Positions 1 to 10,149 are shown, counted from the first letter of the stretch. The stretch: DNA of 63,024 nucleotides from Candidatus Goldiibacteriota bacterium (GCA_016937715.1 JAFGWA010000050.1:75311-138334), one strand, 5' to 3'. Program-made: numbers and translations. Notes: a model not told the origin generated them from the sequence alone.

Positions 1-840
1 TCCGCGTCGGCATACGGCGTGACAAAACCGGACGGTGTTTTTAAAACATCAATTCCTGTGACCGGCTGCCTTGGCGACCAGCAGGCCGCGCTTTTTGGAC
101 AGGCGTGTTATGACGAAGGCGACGCCAAGAATACATACGGCACAGGGTGCTTTCTTCTTTTAAACACCGGACACAAACCCATAATATCTTCAAACGGGCT
201 TATTACCACCGCGGGATATTTAATAGAGGGCGAAAAACCCGTATACGCGCTGGAAGGTTCTGTGGCGGTTGCAGGTTCGCTGGTGCAGTGGTTCCGCGAC
301 AAGCTTGGCATAATATCTTCAGCGCCGGAAATAGACAAACTTGCGGAGTCAGTTGAAGATAACGGCGGTGTTTATTTTGTACCCGCTTTTTCCGGGTTGT
401 TCGCACCGCACTGGCGCAGCGACGCGCGCGGGCTGATAATAGGGCTTACCCATTTTACCGGCAGGGCGCAGATAGCGCGCGCGGTTCTGGAAGCAGTTGA
501 CTTTCAGGCGCGCGAAATTTTTGAAGCCATGGAAAAAGATTCCGGTATAAATTTAAAATCCCTGAAAGTTGACGGCGGTATGACCGCAAGTAATTTATTA
601 ATGCAGTTCCAGGCGGATATCCTTGATGTTAATGTCATCCTGCCAAAAGTTGCGGAAACCACAGCCCTTGGCGCGGCTTACGCGGCAGGGCTTGCAGTTG
701 GGTTCTGGAAAGACAAAAATGAAATCCGCAAAAACTGGGCGCTTGCAAAAGAGTGGAAACCGCAGATGGCGCAGGAAAAACGCGAAAAATACTTTTCAGA
801 GTGGAAGAAAGCAGTGGAACGAAGCAAGGGCTGGATTTAA
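1..840 (+). CDS. glpK: Glycerol kinase, C-terminal 279 codons (5' end outside the window; frame open from nt 1)
   Basis: FGGY-kinase C-terminal signatures ([44 protein letters not shown]); followed by glycerol-3-P dehydrogenase genes. Confidence 0.9.
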   Translation, partial: SASAYGVTKPDGVFKTSIPVTGCLGDQQAALFGQACYDEGDAKNTYGTGCFLLLNTGHKPIISSNGLITTAGYLIEGEKPVYALEGSVAVAGSLVQWFRDKLGIISSAPEIDKLAESVEDNGGVYFVPAFSGLFAPHWRSDARGLIIGLTHFTGRAQIARAVLEAVDFQAREIFEAMEKDSGINLKSLKVDGGMTASNLLMQFQADILDVNVILPKVAETTALGAAYAAGLAVGFWKDKNEIRKNWALAKEWKPQMAQEKREKYFSEWKKAVERSKGWI

Positions 841-874
841 TTTTATCGCCATAAAACAATTATAAAAGGGACAG

Positions 875-2326
875 ATGAAAACAAACTATGATGTAATTAT
901 AATCGGCTCCGGCATTGTCGGTTCGCTTATCGCGCGCTATTTATCACGGTATGAACTTTCCATACTTGTCATTGAAAAACAGGCGGACGTAGGCATGTGC
1001 CCTTCTTCCGCCAACAGCGCTATTATTCACGCGGGCTATGACCCCAAACCCGGCTCTGTGAAAGCCGTAATGAACGCCGAAGGAAATAAAATATGGCACA
1101 CACTTGCGCCCGAACTTGGAATCATGCACAAAGAAACAGGCAGCTGTGTCGCGGCAATAGGAGAAGAGGAACTTCCCGCGCTTGATGAACTTCTTGAAAA
1201 CGGCAGGGCAAACAAAATTCCCGGGCTGGAGATTATAAACGGAAAAGACTTTATAAAACAAGAACCGCTTATTAACCCGCTGGTTTCGGGCGTGCTGTGG
1301 GCTCCCACTGCTATGGTAATAGACCCTTTTGGCGCTGTGCTTGCGGCGGCAGAAAATGCCGTAACTAACGGCGCGCAGTATCTGTTTGAAACGGAATTTA
1401 CTGATTTTATTTTTCAAGACAGTAAAATCACCGGAATAAAAACAAACAAAGGCGGTTTTTCATGCCGCTGGGCAATAAACGCGGCAGGGCTTTATTCCGA
1501 TGAAGCCGCGCACAAAGCCGGTATAAGAAAAGATTTCAAAATAATACCGCGCAAAGGCGGCTATCTTGTATTTGACGCGGCAAAATTTCAGATTAACAAT
1601 GTCCTGTTCCCTGTGCCGTCCGGCCTTGGAAAGGGCACGCTTGTGTCTGTCACAACCCACGCCAATATTTTAATAGGCCCTGATAATGAACCCGCTTCTG
1701 ATAAAGAGGACACATCAACCACCGATTCGGGCATGGCCGCGATAATTTCGGGTGCAAAAAAACTTATCCCTTCAATTGACGAGCGCAATGCGATTGCAAT
1801 GTATGAAGGCATACGCGCCAAAGGCAGCGGCGACAGGGACTTTATTATTGAAAGGCCTGAAAGCGTAAACGGTTTTATAAATATATGCGGGATAGAATCT
1901 CCGGGCTTTGCCTCCGCGCCCGCAATTGCGTTAAAAGCAATAGAACTTATGAAAGAAGGCGGAGAAAACTTTAAAGAAAAAAAATCCTGGAACCCCGTAA
2001 GAAAACCCTTCCCCCATTTTCACAGAATGTCTATGGAGGAGAAAGCACAGCTTGTGAAACAAAACCCAGCGTACGGAAGAATTGTATGCCGTTGCGAAGA
2101 AGTGACAGAAGGCGAAATTATAGACGCCATTCATTCCCCTGTGCCTGCGCGCACGTATGACGGTATAAAACGCAGGACGTGGCTTGGCACAGGCCGCTGC
2201 CAGGGCGCCTTTGATTATCCGCGCGTGATACAGATACTGGCACGCGAACTTGGAATTGACGAAACAGAAATTACAAAAAAAGGAAAAGGCAGCAATCTGG
2301 TTTTTCGGAGGACAAAATGCCTTTAA
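875..2326 (+). CDS. FAD-dependent glycerol-3-phosphate dehydrogenase/oxidase-type oxidoreductase with BFD-like [2Fe-2S] C-terminal motif
   Basis: N-terminal dinucleotide fold DVIIIGSGIVGS; C-terminal CRCEEVTEGEI...GTGRCQG; purine-rich RBS; position after glpK. Confidence 0.8.
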   Translation: MKTNYDVIIIGSGIVGSLIARYLSRYELSILVIEKQADVGMCPSSANSAIIHAGYDPKPGSVKAVMNAEGNKIWHTLAPELGIMHKETGSCVAAIGEEELPALDELLENGRANKIPGLEIINGKDFIKQEPLINPLVSGVLWAPTAMVIDPFGAVLAAAENAVTNGAQYLFETEFTDFIFQDSKITGIKTNKGGFSCRWAINAAGLYSDEAAHKAGIRKDFKIIPRKGGYLVFDAAKFQINNVLFPVPSGLGKGTLVSVTTHANILIGPDNEPASDKEDTSTTDSGMAAIISGAKKLIPSIDERNAIAMYEGIRAKGSGDRDFIIERPESVNGFINICGIESPGFASAPAIALKAIELMKEGGENFKEKKSWNPVRKPFPHFHRMSMEEKAQLVKQNPAYGRIVCRCEEVTEGEIIDAIHSPVPARTYDGIKRRTWLGTGRCQGAFDYPRVIQILARELGIDETEITKKGKGSNLVFRRTKCL

Positions 2327-3585
2327 TCTACGATGTCATAGTAATCGGCGCCGGGCCTGCGGGGCTTGCCGCCGCTATAGAGGCAAAAAAAACCGGCGCA
2401 GCGCGTGTACTTATAATAGAAAGGAACAACGAACCGGGGGGCATACTTACACAGTGCATCCATAACGGATTCGGCTCCGTAATATTTAAAAAGGACATGC
2501 CCGGCCCTTCTTACGCGCACAATTTCATCACGCAGGCGCTGGAACTTGGGATAGAAATGGTGTTTGACACAATGGTACTTGACATCACCAAAGAGCGCGT
2601 TATTTACGCTACCAGCAAAAACGGGTTTATGCAGTTTGAAGCGGGCGCGATAGTATTGGCAATGGGATGCAGGGAGCGCACACGGGCACAGATAAGAATT
2701 CCCGGCACAAGGCCTGCCGGCGTTTTTACCGCGGGCATGGTGCAGAGACTGGTAAATATAGAAGGGTTTATGCCGGGTAAAAACTTTGTAATACTTGGCT
2801 CCGGGGATATTGGAATGATAATGGCAAGAAGGCTTACGCTTGAAGGGGCAAACGTAATAAAGGTTGTGGAACTTATGCCCTACCTGACGGGATTACGCAG
2901 AAATTACGTTCAGTGTCTGCAGGACTTTAATATCCCGCTGGAACTTTCCACCACAATTAAAACAATTAACGGGAATAACAGGGTTGAATCCATAGAGACC
3001 GTAAAAGTTGATGAAAGTTTAAAACAGATTCCGGGAACAGAAAATATTATTGCCTGTGACAGCGTGCTTTTGTCAGTGGGATTAATTCCTGAAAACGAGC
3101 TTTCAAAAAAAGCCGGAGTTATACTTGACCCGCTTACAGGCGGGCCAAAAGTTGATGAAAAAATGGCTACAAATATACCCGGCATCTTTGCCGCGGGTAA
3201 CGTTGTCACAATATATGACCTTGTGGATTATGTTTCTGAAGCAGGCTTTACCGCGGGTAAAAACGCGGCATTGTTTGCGTCTGAAAAAAACCCGTCATCG
3301 CCGGACACAATTAAAATTACGCCCGGCGAAAACGTAAGGACAGTTGTGCCGCAGGCAATAAATAAAAGATTAAACGATGAAGGCCAAATTTTAATTGAAC
3401 TTAGGGTCACAAAAGATTTCCCTTCCCCTGTTAAAATCGAACTGACAGACGGCGATAATGTGGTGCTTTCATTCAGGGAAAAATACGCGCGCCCCGCGGA
3501 GATGATAACGCTAAAAATAAACCCAAAACTTTTCATGGAAAAAACCGCAGGTATATCCGGCGCCCTAAAAGTGAGGGCGATATGA
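2317..3585 (+). CDS. NAD(P)/FAD-dependent pyridine-nucleotide-disulfide-family oxidoreductase (partner subunit of the G3P dehydrogenase module)
   Basis: Two Rossmann motifs (DVIVIGAGPAGLAAA, FVILGSGDIGM); GGAGG RBS; 10-nt overlap with upstream gene. Confidence 0.75.
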   Translation: MPLIYDVIVIGAGPAGLAAAIEAKKTGAARVLIIERNNEPGGILTQCIHNGFGSVIFKKDMPGPSYAHNFITQALELGIEMVFDTMVLDITKERVIYATSKNGFMQFEAGAIVLAMGCRERTRAQIRIPGTRPAGVFTAGMVQRLVNIEGFMPGKNFVILGSGDIGMIMARRLTLEGANVIKVVELMPYLTGLRRNYVQCLQDFNIPLELSTTIKTINGNNRVESIETVKVDESLKQIPGTENIIACDSVLLSVGLIPENELSKKAGVILDPLTGGPKVDEKMATNIPGIFAAGNVVTIYDLVDYVSEAGFTAGKNAALFASEKNPSSPDTIKITPGENVRTVVPQAINKRLNDEGQILIELRVTKDFPSPVKIELTDGDNVVLSFREKYARPAEMITLKINPKLFMEKTAGISGALKVRAI

Positions 3586-3953
3586 CAAAAAAATTCATAT
3601 GCATCAGATGCCCCAAAGGGTGCGAAATAACCACCACGCTTGACGGCAGCGGCGTCATAACAGAAATTACCGGCAACAACTGCAAACTTGGCGTTGATTA
3701 TGTAAAAGCGGAAGTAACCGACCCGCGCCGCACACTTACCACAACCGTGGAGGTAATTGGAGGAGAGCTGCCTTTATGCCCTGTCTGGACAGAATCACCT
3801 GTCCCTAAGGATAAAATAATGGAACTTGCAGATGCATTAAGGACAATAAAAGTAACCGCCCCGGTGAAGATAAATCAGATTATCCTTGAAAACGCGCTGG
3901 GGTCGGGAATAAATGTGGTAGCGGCAAGAGAAATAAAGAGCACTATCCCATAA
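3582..3953 (+). CDS. Small Cys-rich DUF1667-like protein that usually trails this oxidoreductase pair
   Basis: FICIRCPKGCEI Cys motif; ATGA start/stop overlap with upstream gene. Confidence 0.6.
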   Translation: MTKKFICIRCPKGCEITTTLDGSGVITEITGNNCKLGVDYVKAEVTDPRRTLTTTVEVIGGELPLCPVWTESPVPKDKIMELADALRTIKVTAPVKINQIILENALGSGINVVAAREIKSTIP

Positions 3954-3978
3954 ACTTTTATCCCATATCCCATAAATA
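3944..3978 (+). repeat. ATCCCATA-type motif block: TATCCCATAAAC followed by the 21-mer TTATCCCATATCCCATAAATA (3958-3978)
   Basis: The same 21-mer recurs perfectly at 43456-43476 and inverted at 4376-4396; 19/21 nt recur at 53344-53362. Confidence 0.8.
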
Positions 3979-4065
3979 AAACCGCAGCTTGGCAGCTATG
4001 TGGCTTGGAAGTGAAAACCAAAAACATCAAAATTCTAGATTCGAAAATTAGATTAACACATGCGG

Positions 4066-4261
4066 GGGTTGGGTGTGTTTTTTCAGGGTGTGCCGCGCAA
4101 GCACAGTGCCTATACGGCAGGGGCGGTTTAATGCTTCGGCGGCAAATCCGTATCTGCGGGAGTTCCCCATTGTCAATGACATTAACATAGTGCTGATTTC
4201 AAGATTGTTTACCTTCAAGAATACCAATTTGCGGCGCGCCCTGAAAAAATATACCCAACCC
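4066..4261 (+). repeat. Copy A of a ~197-nt MITE-like / long-hairpin element
   Basis: Start GGGTTGGGTGTGTTTTTTCAGGGTGTGCCGCG pairs with end CGCGGCGCGCCCTGAAAAAATATACCCAACCC. Shares an internal core (AATGAC.TTAAC, CAAGAATACCAATT.GCGGCG) with copies at 6411-6607 and 39551-39749. Confidence 0.85.
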
Positions 4262-4287
4262 TGCAGGGCGGCCTGGAAGAAAAATCG

Positions 4288-4330
4288 CGAGGGACGGATG
4301 CACAGAGGGACAGAGGGACGGAAGTAAAAC
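4288..4330 (+). repeat. G-box repeat (GAGGGACGGATGCACAGAGGGACAGAGGGACGGAAGTAAAAC)
   Basis: Seven related copies in the window (4288, 39413, 39757, 43484, 43592 inverted, 60247, 61651). Confidence 0.85.
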
Positions 4331-4375
4331 TAAATACTTCAATTAAACTTTCTGACATCATGATAGTTTATGGTC

Positions 4376-4396
4376 TATTTATGGGATATGGGATAA
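4376..4396 (-). repeat. Perfect inverted copy of the 21-mer TTATCCCATATCCCATAAATA
   Basis: The reverse complement of 4376-4396 is identical to 3958-3978. Confidence 0.85.
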
Positions 4397-4415
4397 TAAT
4401 CTATGGGTTAAAAAC

Positions 4416-5420
4416 TCACCATTTTGCTTCGTGTTTTTCTGTTACGCCGTACGCTTCTTTGATAATATATTTCTTTTTTCCGTCCTTTATATATCCTGAA
4501 AATCTGCCAAACGGCTGGGTATAAACGCTTTTTATTAAAAGGACATTGATATTGGCAGCCCTTTGCCCTTCCGGTTTAAACACAATATTTACGTTTTTAT
4601 TTTCCACTTTCCACTCTTTCATCATATCTTTTTCATCGTAGCAAAAATTTGTTATTCCGGCGTCAAACCGCCTGCCGTTAATCCAGAACGCGTTTTCAGA
4701 GTGTCCGTTTTTATTTATGCCGCGGGAAAAATTAAAGCTGATATTATTACCTTTTGTGTCCGTTCCGCACCCTGACGCCCAGTCCCAGACAGTACGCCTT
4801 TGTAAAACGCCAAACGAAAAATCCATACTGCCGGCAGGTATGGGTTTATCAATGACATATACCATCCCCTCAATGTTCATAGCACCCTTAACCTTCATTC
4901 CGCATTCTTTCATTGTATAGTTAAAGCCTTGATTACCTTCCATTGTCACAAGATTTAAGCTGTCCGCAAAGCGCGTAAACGTTATGTCAATTTTAGCTTT
5001 TTTATGAATTTCGCATTTAACCAAAGCCTCTTTTGCGGTTAATATAACCTTCGCGTCAGCCCTTGAATTTCTAAATTTAAATTCCCCATCAGACGCGCTT
5101 CCCGTAAATTTTGTATTTAACGCGAACGGGACAAGAAAATCATATTTTTTTATGCTTTTATCTTTTCTGTCAAAAACATACAGGAATAATTCAGAAAGAT
5201 ATCCGGCGTGGACAATTGCCATGCCAAAAATAAGATCTTTACAGTATATTCCGGTAAACAGCCATCTTTTATGGCGGAAAATTTCCATTAATTTTCTTCC
5301 CAACGGCTGCATTTTAAACTTGCCCGGCAGCACATATTGATTAATATTAAGGCTTTCTATAGGCCCTTTATGAAAACCAAAAACAGGTTCTCCGTTATCA
5401 CCTATTAATAAGTTTTTCAT
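4416..5420 (-). CDS. Hypothetical protein, 334 aa (possibly DUF2804-like; not verifiable here)
   Basis: Long ORF. I prefer the ATG at 5420 (MKNLLIGDNG...), preceded by a GGGGG RBS, which avoids overlap with the upstream gene. The track ORF start at 5504 is probably an over-extension. Confidence 0.6.
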   Translation of the reverse strand: MKNLLIGDNGEPVFGFHKGPIESLNINQYVLPGKFKMQPLGRKLMEIFRHKRWLFTGIYCKDLIFGMAIVHAGYLSELFLYVFDRKDKSIKKYDFLVPFALNTKFTGSASDGEFKFRNSRADAKVILTAKEALVKCEIHKKAKIDITFTRFADSLNLVTMEGNQGFNYTMKECGMKVKGAMNIEGMVYVIDKPIPAGSMDFSFGVLQRRTVWDWASGCGTDTKGNNISFNFSRGINKNGHSENAFWINGRRFDAGITNFCYDEKDMMKEWKVENKNVNIVFKPEGQRAANINVLLIKSVYTQPFGRFSGYIKDGKKKYIIKEAYGVTEKHEAKW

Positions 5421-5443
5421 ATTAACCCCCTGATACTGACCCC

Positions 5444-6286
5444 TTATTTTTTCCACTTTGTGTTCTGAATTCCGCCGCCTTTTTTTACAGTCTCTGTCAT
5501 CCACTTATAAATATCCGCGAAAATCTTCTTTCTGTCTTTTTCTATTGTAAGCGCGTGATATGTATTTTCATATTTAATAAGGCGTTTTTCAGATTTGATT
5601 TTACCAAATATACTTTCCATTGATTTTGTGTTAATCAGATAATCCTGATCCGCTATCAGAAACAGCGCGGGTATTTTTATACTGCCGGTTTTAAACCCCG
5701 CCTTAATCTGTTTTAAGAGAATTTCCCTAAGCGGGCCTGCCGCCGCAAAACGGTGCTCTTTTTTCTCTTTTTTAAGCCACTGCAAAACCGATTTATCGTG
5801 GGTAAGCTCCTCGCTTTTAAACGGCATCGCAAAAGGCCTTTTGGGATTGATGACAGAGTTTAAAAAGATATTTAACCTGTAGCCAATACTCATCTTCATA
5901 TTGTCCATATACGCAGGCGAAACTTCAATAACTCCGCTGTAATTCTGGTCATATTCAATAAGGTTAATGTGTGATATTAACCCGCCCATAGATTCGCCGA
6001 TTATAAAAACAGGCGCGTTTGGATTTTCGCTTATTGCCATGGCTTTTAGCGCGGCAATGTCCCTGTAATAAACCTTAAAAGATTTCGCATAACCCGGTTC
6101 CTGCGCAAGTACACCATAACCTTTAAGTTCAACGGCATAAACCGCGATTTTTTTCGTGTTCATAAATTCAGCAAGAAATTTCCACCTGTCAGTATGCGCC
6201 CCCATTCCGTGAACCGCGATGATGACCGCTTTAGGTTTTTTTACCCCCCACTTCCTGAAATAAATCCCGTTTTTTTCTTCAGGCAT
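5444..6286 (-). CDS. Alpha/beta hydrolase, lysophospholipase/monoglyceride-lipase-like
   Basis: HGMGAHTDRW oxyanion region and nucleophile elbow GESMGG; GGAGGG RBS. Confidence 0.8.
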   Translation of the reverse strand: MPEEKNGIYFRKWGVKKPKAVIIAVHGMGAHTDRWKFLAEFMNTKKIAVYAVELKGYGVLAQEPGYAKSFKVYYRDIAALKAMAISENPNAPVFIIGESMGGLISHINLIEYDQNYSGVIEVSPAYMDNMKMSIGYRLNIFLNSVINPKRPFAMPFKSEELTHDKSVLQWLKKEKKEHRFAAAGPLREILLKQIKAGFKTGSIKIPALFLIADQDYLINTKSMESIFGKIKSEKRLIKYENTYHALTIEKDRKKIFADIYKWMTETVKKGGGIQNTKWKK

Positions 6287-6410
6287 AGCACCCTCCAGGG
6301 AATGTATTTGTTTCCATAATTATTATAACATAAATTATAAAGACTGCGGCTCAGCGGCTCGGCAGATAGGCGGATCATAATACAATCGAACTGCAGTAAC
6401 AAACAAATAA

Positions 6411-6607
6411 GGGTTATGTGTGTTTTTTTAGAAGCGCCGCGCAAGTTTACTATATATGCGGCAGGACGGATTTAATGCCACGACGGCAGATTCGGATGTT
6501 GCGCGAGCCCCCGATTGCCAATGACGTTAACCTCTCTGATGATTTCAAGCTTGTTTGGATGCAAGAATACCAATTCGCGGCGTGAACTAAAAAAATACAC
6601 ATAACCC
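6411..6607 (+). repeat. Copy B of the ~197-nt MITE-like / long-hairpin element
   Basis: GGGTTATGTGTGTTTTTTTAGAAGCGCCGCG ... CGCGGCGTGAACTAAAAAAATACACATAACCC; same orientation and core as copies A and C. Confidence 0.85.
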
Positions 6608-6684
6608 TTATTAAAGATGTCCCCGCTTCTTTCGCTCATATATTCGCTTCATCGCGTGGATTTCCGCTCGCAAGCTCGCTCCAA

Positions 6685-6712
6685 CCGCGGGCTGAAGACC
6701 CGCGTCTACCAA
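6685..6712 (+). repeat. REP-like hairpin unit CCGCGGGCTGAAGACCCGCGTCTACCAA
   Basis: GCGGG/CCCGC stem plus a GTCTACCA tail; near-identical units at 39816, 60308 and 61703. Confidence 0.8.
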
Positions 6713-6746
6713 AACAAAATCAAAATAATTTAAACTGCAAAAAAAC

Positions 6747-8558
6747 CTAGGCCTGTTCTTCGGCTTTTAGCTTTGATGTTATTTTATCCATCTCTTCTAT
6801 CATAACTTCAAGTTCCCTGTACCCGTTGTCCATTTTTTTGCGGAACTCGTCATATTCGGCTTTTAACTGCTGAATTATGTCTTTTTCACCGTTGGTATAG
6901 GCGTCAGCCAGTTTTATGTTAAGCGCTTCCATAAACTCTTCATTTTCATCTATCTTTTTCTCCGCTTCGGTTATCTTTGCCGCGATTCTCTTATGCTGTT
7001 TTTCCAGCTCTTCGCGCGTGCTTTTCTGCTTTATGCTGTCTTTTTCAACTCTCTGTTTCTTTGGTTTCTTTTCGTCTTCTTCCCATCCTTCTTTATCAAG
7101 AAACTCCTGATATGACCCTTCAAAAACAGAAACTTTATCCCTGTTAAAAACAATAAGCCTGTTGGCAAGGTGGTGCAGAAAAAGCTCGCTGTGCGTTACT
7201 ATGATAACAGCGCCGTCAAAGTTATCCAGCGCCAGCACCATAGAATCGCACGACTCTATGTCAAGATGGTTTGTTGGTTCGTCAAGCAATAATATATTCG
7301 CGGGGTTAAGCAGAATTTTACCCAGCGATACGCGGCTTTTTTCCCCGCCGGAAAGTACGGATATCTGTTTTAACGCAAGGTCGCCGGAAAACATCATAGC
7401 GCCGCAGACCTTTCTTACTTCGCTGTATTTTAAATCCGGCCTTACTTTTGAAAGTTCCCTTTCAATTGTAAGCGACGAATCAAGCCTTTCTATATTGGTC
7501 TGCCCAAAATACCCGGCACTGGCTTCAGGATGTAATTTTACGGTTCCTTCTTTTGGCTCCAACTCGCCCACTAAAAGGCGCAGTAAAGTGGACTTTCCTT
7601 TGCCGTTTTTTCCAATGACGCATATCCTGTCCCTTTTTTCCACGTCAATTGAAAGGTCTTCTATAAGCATCCTGTCATCTGTATATCCAAAAGAAAGGTT
7701 CTTTACCCTTAAGGGCATCTTAGCTTCAAAATTTTTGTAATTGAACTTAAAGCCAAGCTCCTGGATGTTTGAAAGTTCGTCCTTTTTTTCCATTTTATCA
7801 AGCGCTTTAATACGCGACTGTACCATGGAAGCGCGGGTGGCCTGCGCGCGGAAACGGTTTATAAAATCTTCCGCTTCTTTTCTTATCTTCTGTTCTTTCA
7901 TCCTTGTAATTTCATAAATTTCCTCTTCGGCGGCTATCTGGCTGAAAAGTTTTTCTGTGGGCCCCTGAATTTTCTTTATCTTGTTCCTGTGTATCGCCAT
8001 TGTGTGCGTGGTGACAGTATCCATAAATTCCCTGTCGTGGGTGATTATTAAAAGTTCATTTTCCCTGCGCTGCAGAAACTTTGCCAGCCAGCGGATGGAT
8101 ATGATATCCAGATAGTTTGTAGGCTCGTCAAGCATTAAAAGGTGCGGTTCTGCAAGAAGCACTTTGGCAAGATTTAAACGCACCTGAAACCCGCCGGAAA
8201 ATTCCGCCGGCGACCTTAACTGGTCGTCTTCAGAGAATCCAAGTCCGGACAGCATTTTTTCCGCCTTCCATACCTGGTCTTTTTCATCCTCGCTTAAACC
8301 AAGGCATGCTTCCAAAAGCACGGTTGGCTGGGTAAAATCAAGGTGCTGCTTTAAATAACCTATAGTGTAATTCTTGGGTAACGAAAGCGTGCCGCTGTCC
8401 GGTTTAAGTTCTCCGGAAATAAGTTTAAACAGCGAGGTCTTGCCGGAGCCGTTTCTGCCCACAAGGCCGATACGCTCCCCGCTGTGAATATTAAACGTTA
8501 CATCGTCCAATATCATCTGTTCGCCGAATTCCAAAGTCAAATTGTTTACCTGAAGCAT
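6747..8558 (-). CDS. ABC-F family ATPase (two ABC domains, no membrane domain, K/E-rich coiled-coil tail)
   Basis: Two Walker A sites (GRNGSGKTS, GKNGKGKST) and two signatures (FSGGFQVRLNLA, LSGGEKSRVSL). Confidence 0.9.
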   Translation of the reverse strand: MLQVNNLTLEFGEQMILDDVTFNIHSGERIGLVGRNGSGKTSLFKLISGELKPDSGTLSLPKNYTIGYLKQHLDFTQPTVLLEACLGLSEDEKDQVWKAEKMLSGLGFSEDDQLRSPAEFSGGFQVRLNLAKVLLAEPHLLMLDEPTNYLDIISIRWLAKFLQRRENELLIITHDREFMDTVTTHTMAIHRNKIKKIQGPTEKLFSQIAAEEEIYEITRMKEQKIRKEAEDFINRFRAQATRASMVQSRIKALDKMEKKDELSNIQELGFKFNYKNFEAKMPLRVKNLSFGYTDDRMLIEDLSIDVEKRDRICVIGKNGKGKSTLLRLLVGELEPKEGTVKLHPEASAGYFGQTNIERLDSSLTIERELSKVRPDLKYSEVRKVCGAMMFSGDLALKQISVLSGGEKSRVSLGKILLNPANILLLDEPTNHLDIESCDSMVLALDNFDGAVIIVTHSELFLHHLANRLIVFNRDKVSVFEGSYQEFLDKEGWEEDEKKPKKQRVEKDSIKQKSTREELEKQHKRIAAKITEAEKKIDENEEFMEALNIKLADAYTNGEKDIIQQLKAEYDEFRKKMDNGYRELEVMIEEMDKITSKLKAEEQA

Positions 8559-8709
8559 TTATGCCTTACCTCTTTTTTTAATATTCTTAAACCTTTAATA
8601 AGCCAATATAATAACATTTTTTAACCCCTATTTCCATACCCTTGAAACCCGGCGCGCCCGCTGTTTTCGGCGCTTCCAATTTTACCTGTCATGCTGTATT
8701 ATATCAGCC

Positions 8710-10149
8710 ATGATAAAAAAAGACAGGCGTCCTAAAAAGCACTTACAGGCAAAACACGGCAATAACAGGCAGCCATCGGCGCGCCCCGCGCAGCCGTCCG
8801 TCACATCTGCCGCGCGCAGGGATATTACCCTTACAATTGACGGCTTTGCCTATGGCGGCGACGGAATCGCGCGCTTTGAAAACAGCACGGTTTATGTCCC
8901 GTACGCGCTTCCGGGCAGCACAATTACCGCCAGAATAACAGAAGAAAAAAATAAAGTTATTCAGGCAAGAATGGTATCCGTAACAAAACAGTCGCCTTTT
9001 TACACAAAACCCGAATGCCCTTATTTTGGCGAATGCGGCGGCTGCGATTTTATGAATATGCCCTACGAAACACAGGCAAATTTTAAAATTGACATAATAC
9101 AGTCCCTAATGGAAGAGACCGCCGGAATTAAAAACCCGCCTATGAAGCCTTTAATACGTTATGAAGAACCGCTTCATTACCGCAACAGGGCGGAATACAG
9201 GCCGGCGGTAATTGGAAGCAAAGTTTCACTTGGCTTTTATCGCGCGCGCAGCCACGAAGTCATAGGTATTCATGAGTGCCTGTTATTGCACCCGAAAATA
9301 AACCTGCTTGCAAAGATAATTACTGACTCTATAAACGAAAACCCGCACAGCGCGTCCATTTACAGCCCTTCAAAACATAAAGGCTACCTGCGCCACGTGA
9401 CAATAAGAATAAACAGCCGCGGCGACGCGCTTATCACCTTTGTGGTAAACGGCAAAGAGCCAAAACAGTTTATCCTGCGTGCCGCTCAGGCGCTGCAGGC
9501 ACAGCCCGGTATAGCGGGTATTCTTATCAACTTTAACATGGAAGAGACAAATGATGTCTTTGGTTCAAGAGAAAAAATTCTTTACGGCAGGCCGTCTATA
9601 ATAGAAACCGCCGCGGGCATCTCGTTTAAACTTAATAACAGCGCCTTTTTTCAGGTAAACGCGGTTATGATGGAAAAAATGGCTGAATTTGTCGGCAAGA
9701 AAATCCCTGACAGGGCATCTGTCCTGGATTTGTACGGCGGTGTCGGCGCGCTTACCCTTCCGTCGCATAAAAAATTCAGGGACATAACCGTAATTGAAGC
9801 AGACAGGGACGCTGCCCAGAACCTGCGCGAAATAATCAAATGGAATAAGATATCACACGTAAACATAATTACAAGCAAAGTGGAAGACACAATAGACAGG
9901 GTTCTGGAAGACAAATCCTTTGACGCCGCGGTAATTGACCCGCCGCGTTCAGGGATGCACCCGCGCGTAATAAGCGCGATTAAGGCAGCCAAAATAGGAA
10001 CGCTTATTTATATTTCCTGCAACCCTTCAAGTTTTGCCCGCGATATAGCGGATTTAAAATCGCATTACCACCTTGATGAAATGACGCCTTTGGACCAATT
10101 TGCCCAGACATACCACACGGAAATAATGGCGAGGCTAAGCATTATATAA
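8710..10149 (+). CDS. rlmD: 23S rRNA (uracil-5)-methyltransferase, RlmD/RumA family (TRAM + Fe-S Cys cluster + SAM MTase)
   Basis: CPYFGECGGCDF Cys cluster, LDLYGGVGA SAM motif, DPPRSGMH catalytic motif. Confidence 0.8.
   Translation: MIKKDRRPKKHLQAKHGNNRQPSARPAQPSVTSAARRDITLTIDGFAYGGDGIARFENSTVYVPYALPGSTITARITEEKNKVIQARMVSVTKQSPFYTKPECPYFGECGGCDFMNMPYETQANFKIDIIQSLMEETAGIKNPPMKPLIRYEEPLHYRNRAEYRPAVIGSKVSLGFYRARSHEVIGIHECLLLHPKINLLAKIITDSINENPHSASIYSPSKHKGYLRHVTIRINSRGDALITFVVNGKEPKQFILRAAQALQAQPGIAGILINFNMEETNDVFGSREKILYGRPSIIETAAGISFKLNNSAFFQVNAVMMEKMAEFVGKKIPDRASVLDLYGGVGALTLPSHKKFRDITVIEADRDAAQNLREIIKWNKISHVNIITSKVEDTIDRVLEDKSFDAAVIDPPRSGMHPRVISAIKAAKIGTLIYISCNPSSFARDIADLKSHYHLDEMTPLDQFAQTYHTEIMARLSII

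Noticed and set aside
7162-7740. Long antisense 'shadow' ORFs inside well-supported genes. Examples: 7162-7740, 11230-12021, 12121-12888, 20321-20833, 30418-31032, 31335-31757, 45663-46163 and 60622-61239.
   Set aside because: Each is fully contained in, and antisense to, a gene with clear family motifs. Their products are low-complexity (Ser/Phe/Ile-rich) and lack RBSs.
8640-8709. A possible leaderless promoter (TTCCAA-17-TATTAT) 9 nt before the rlmD-like ATG.
   Set aside because: This is a single weak hexamer match in AT-rich DNA, with no supporting evidence and with in-frame downstream alternatives. It is not reported as a feature.
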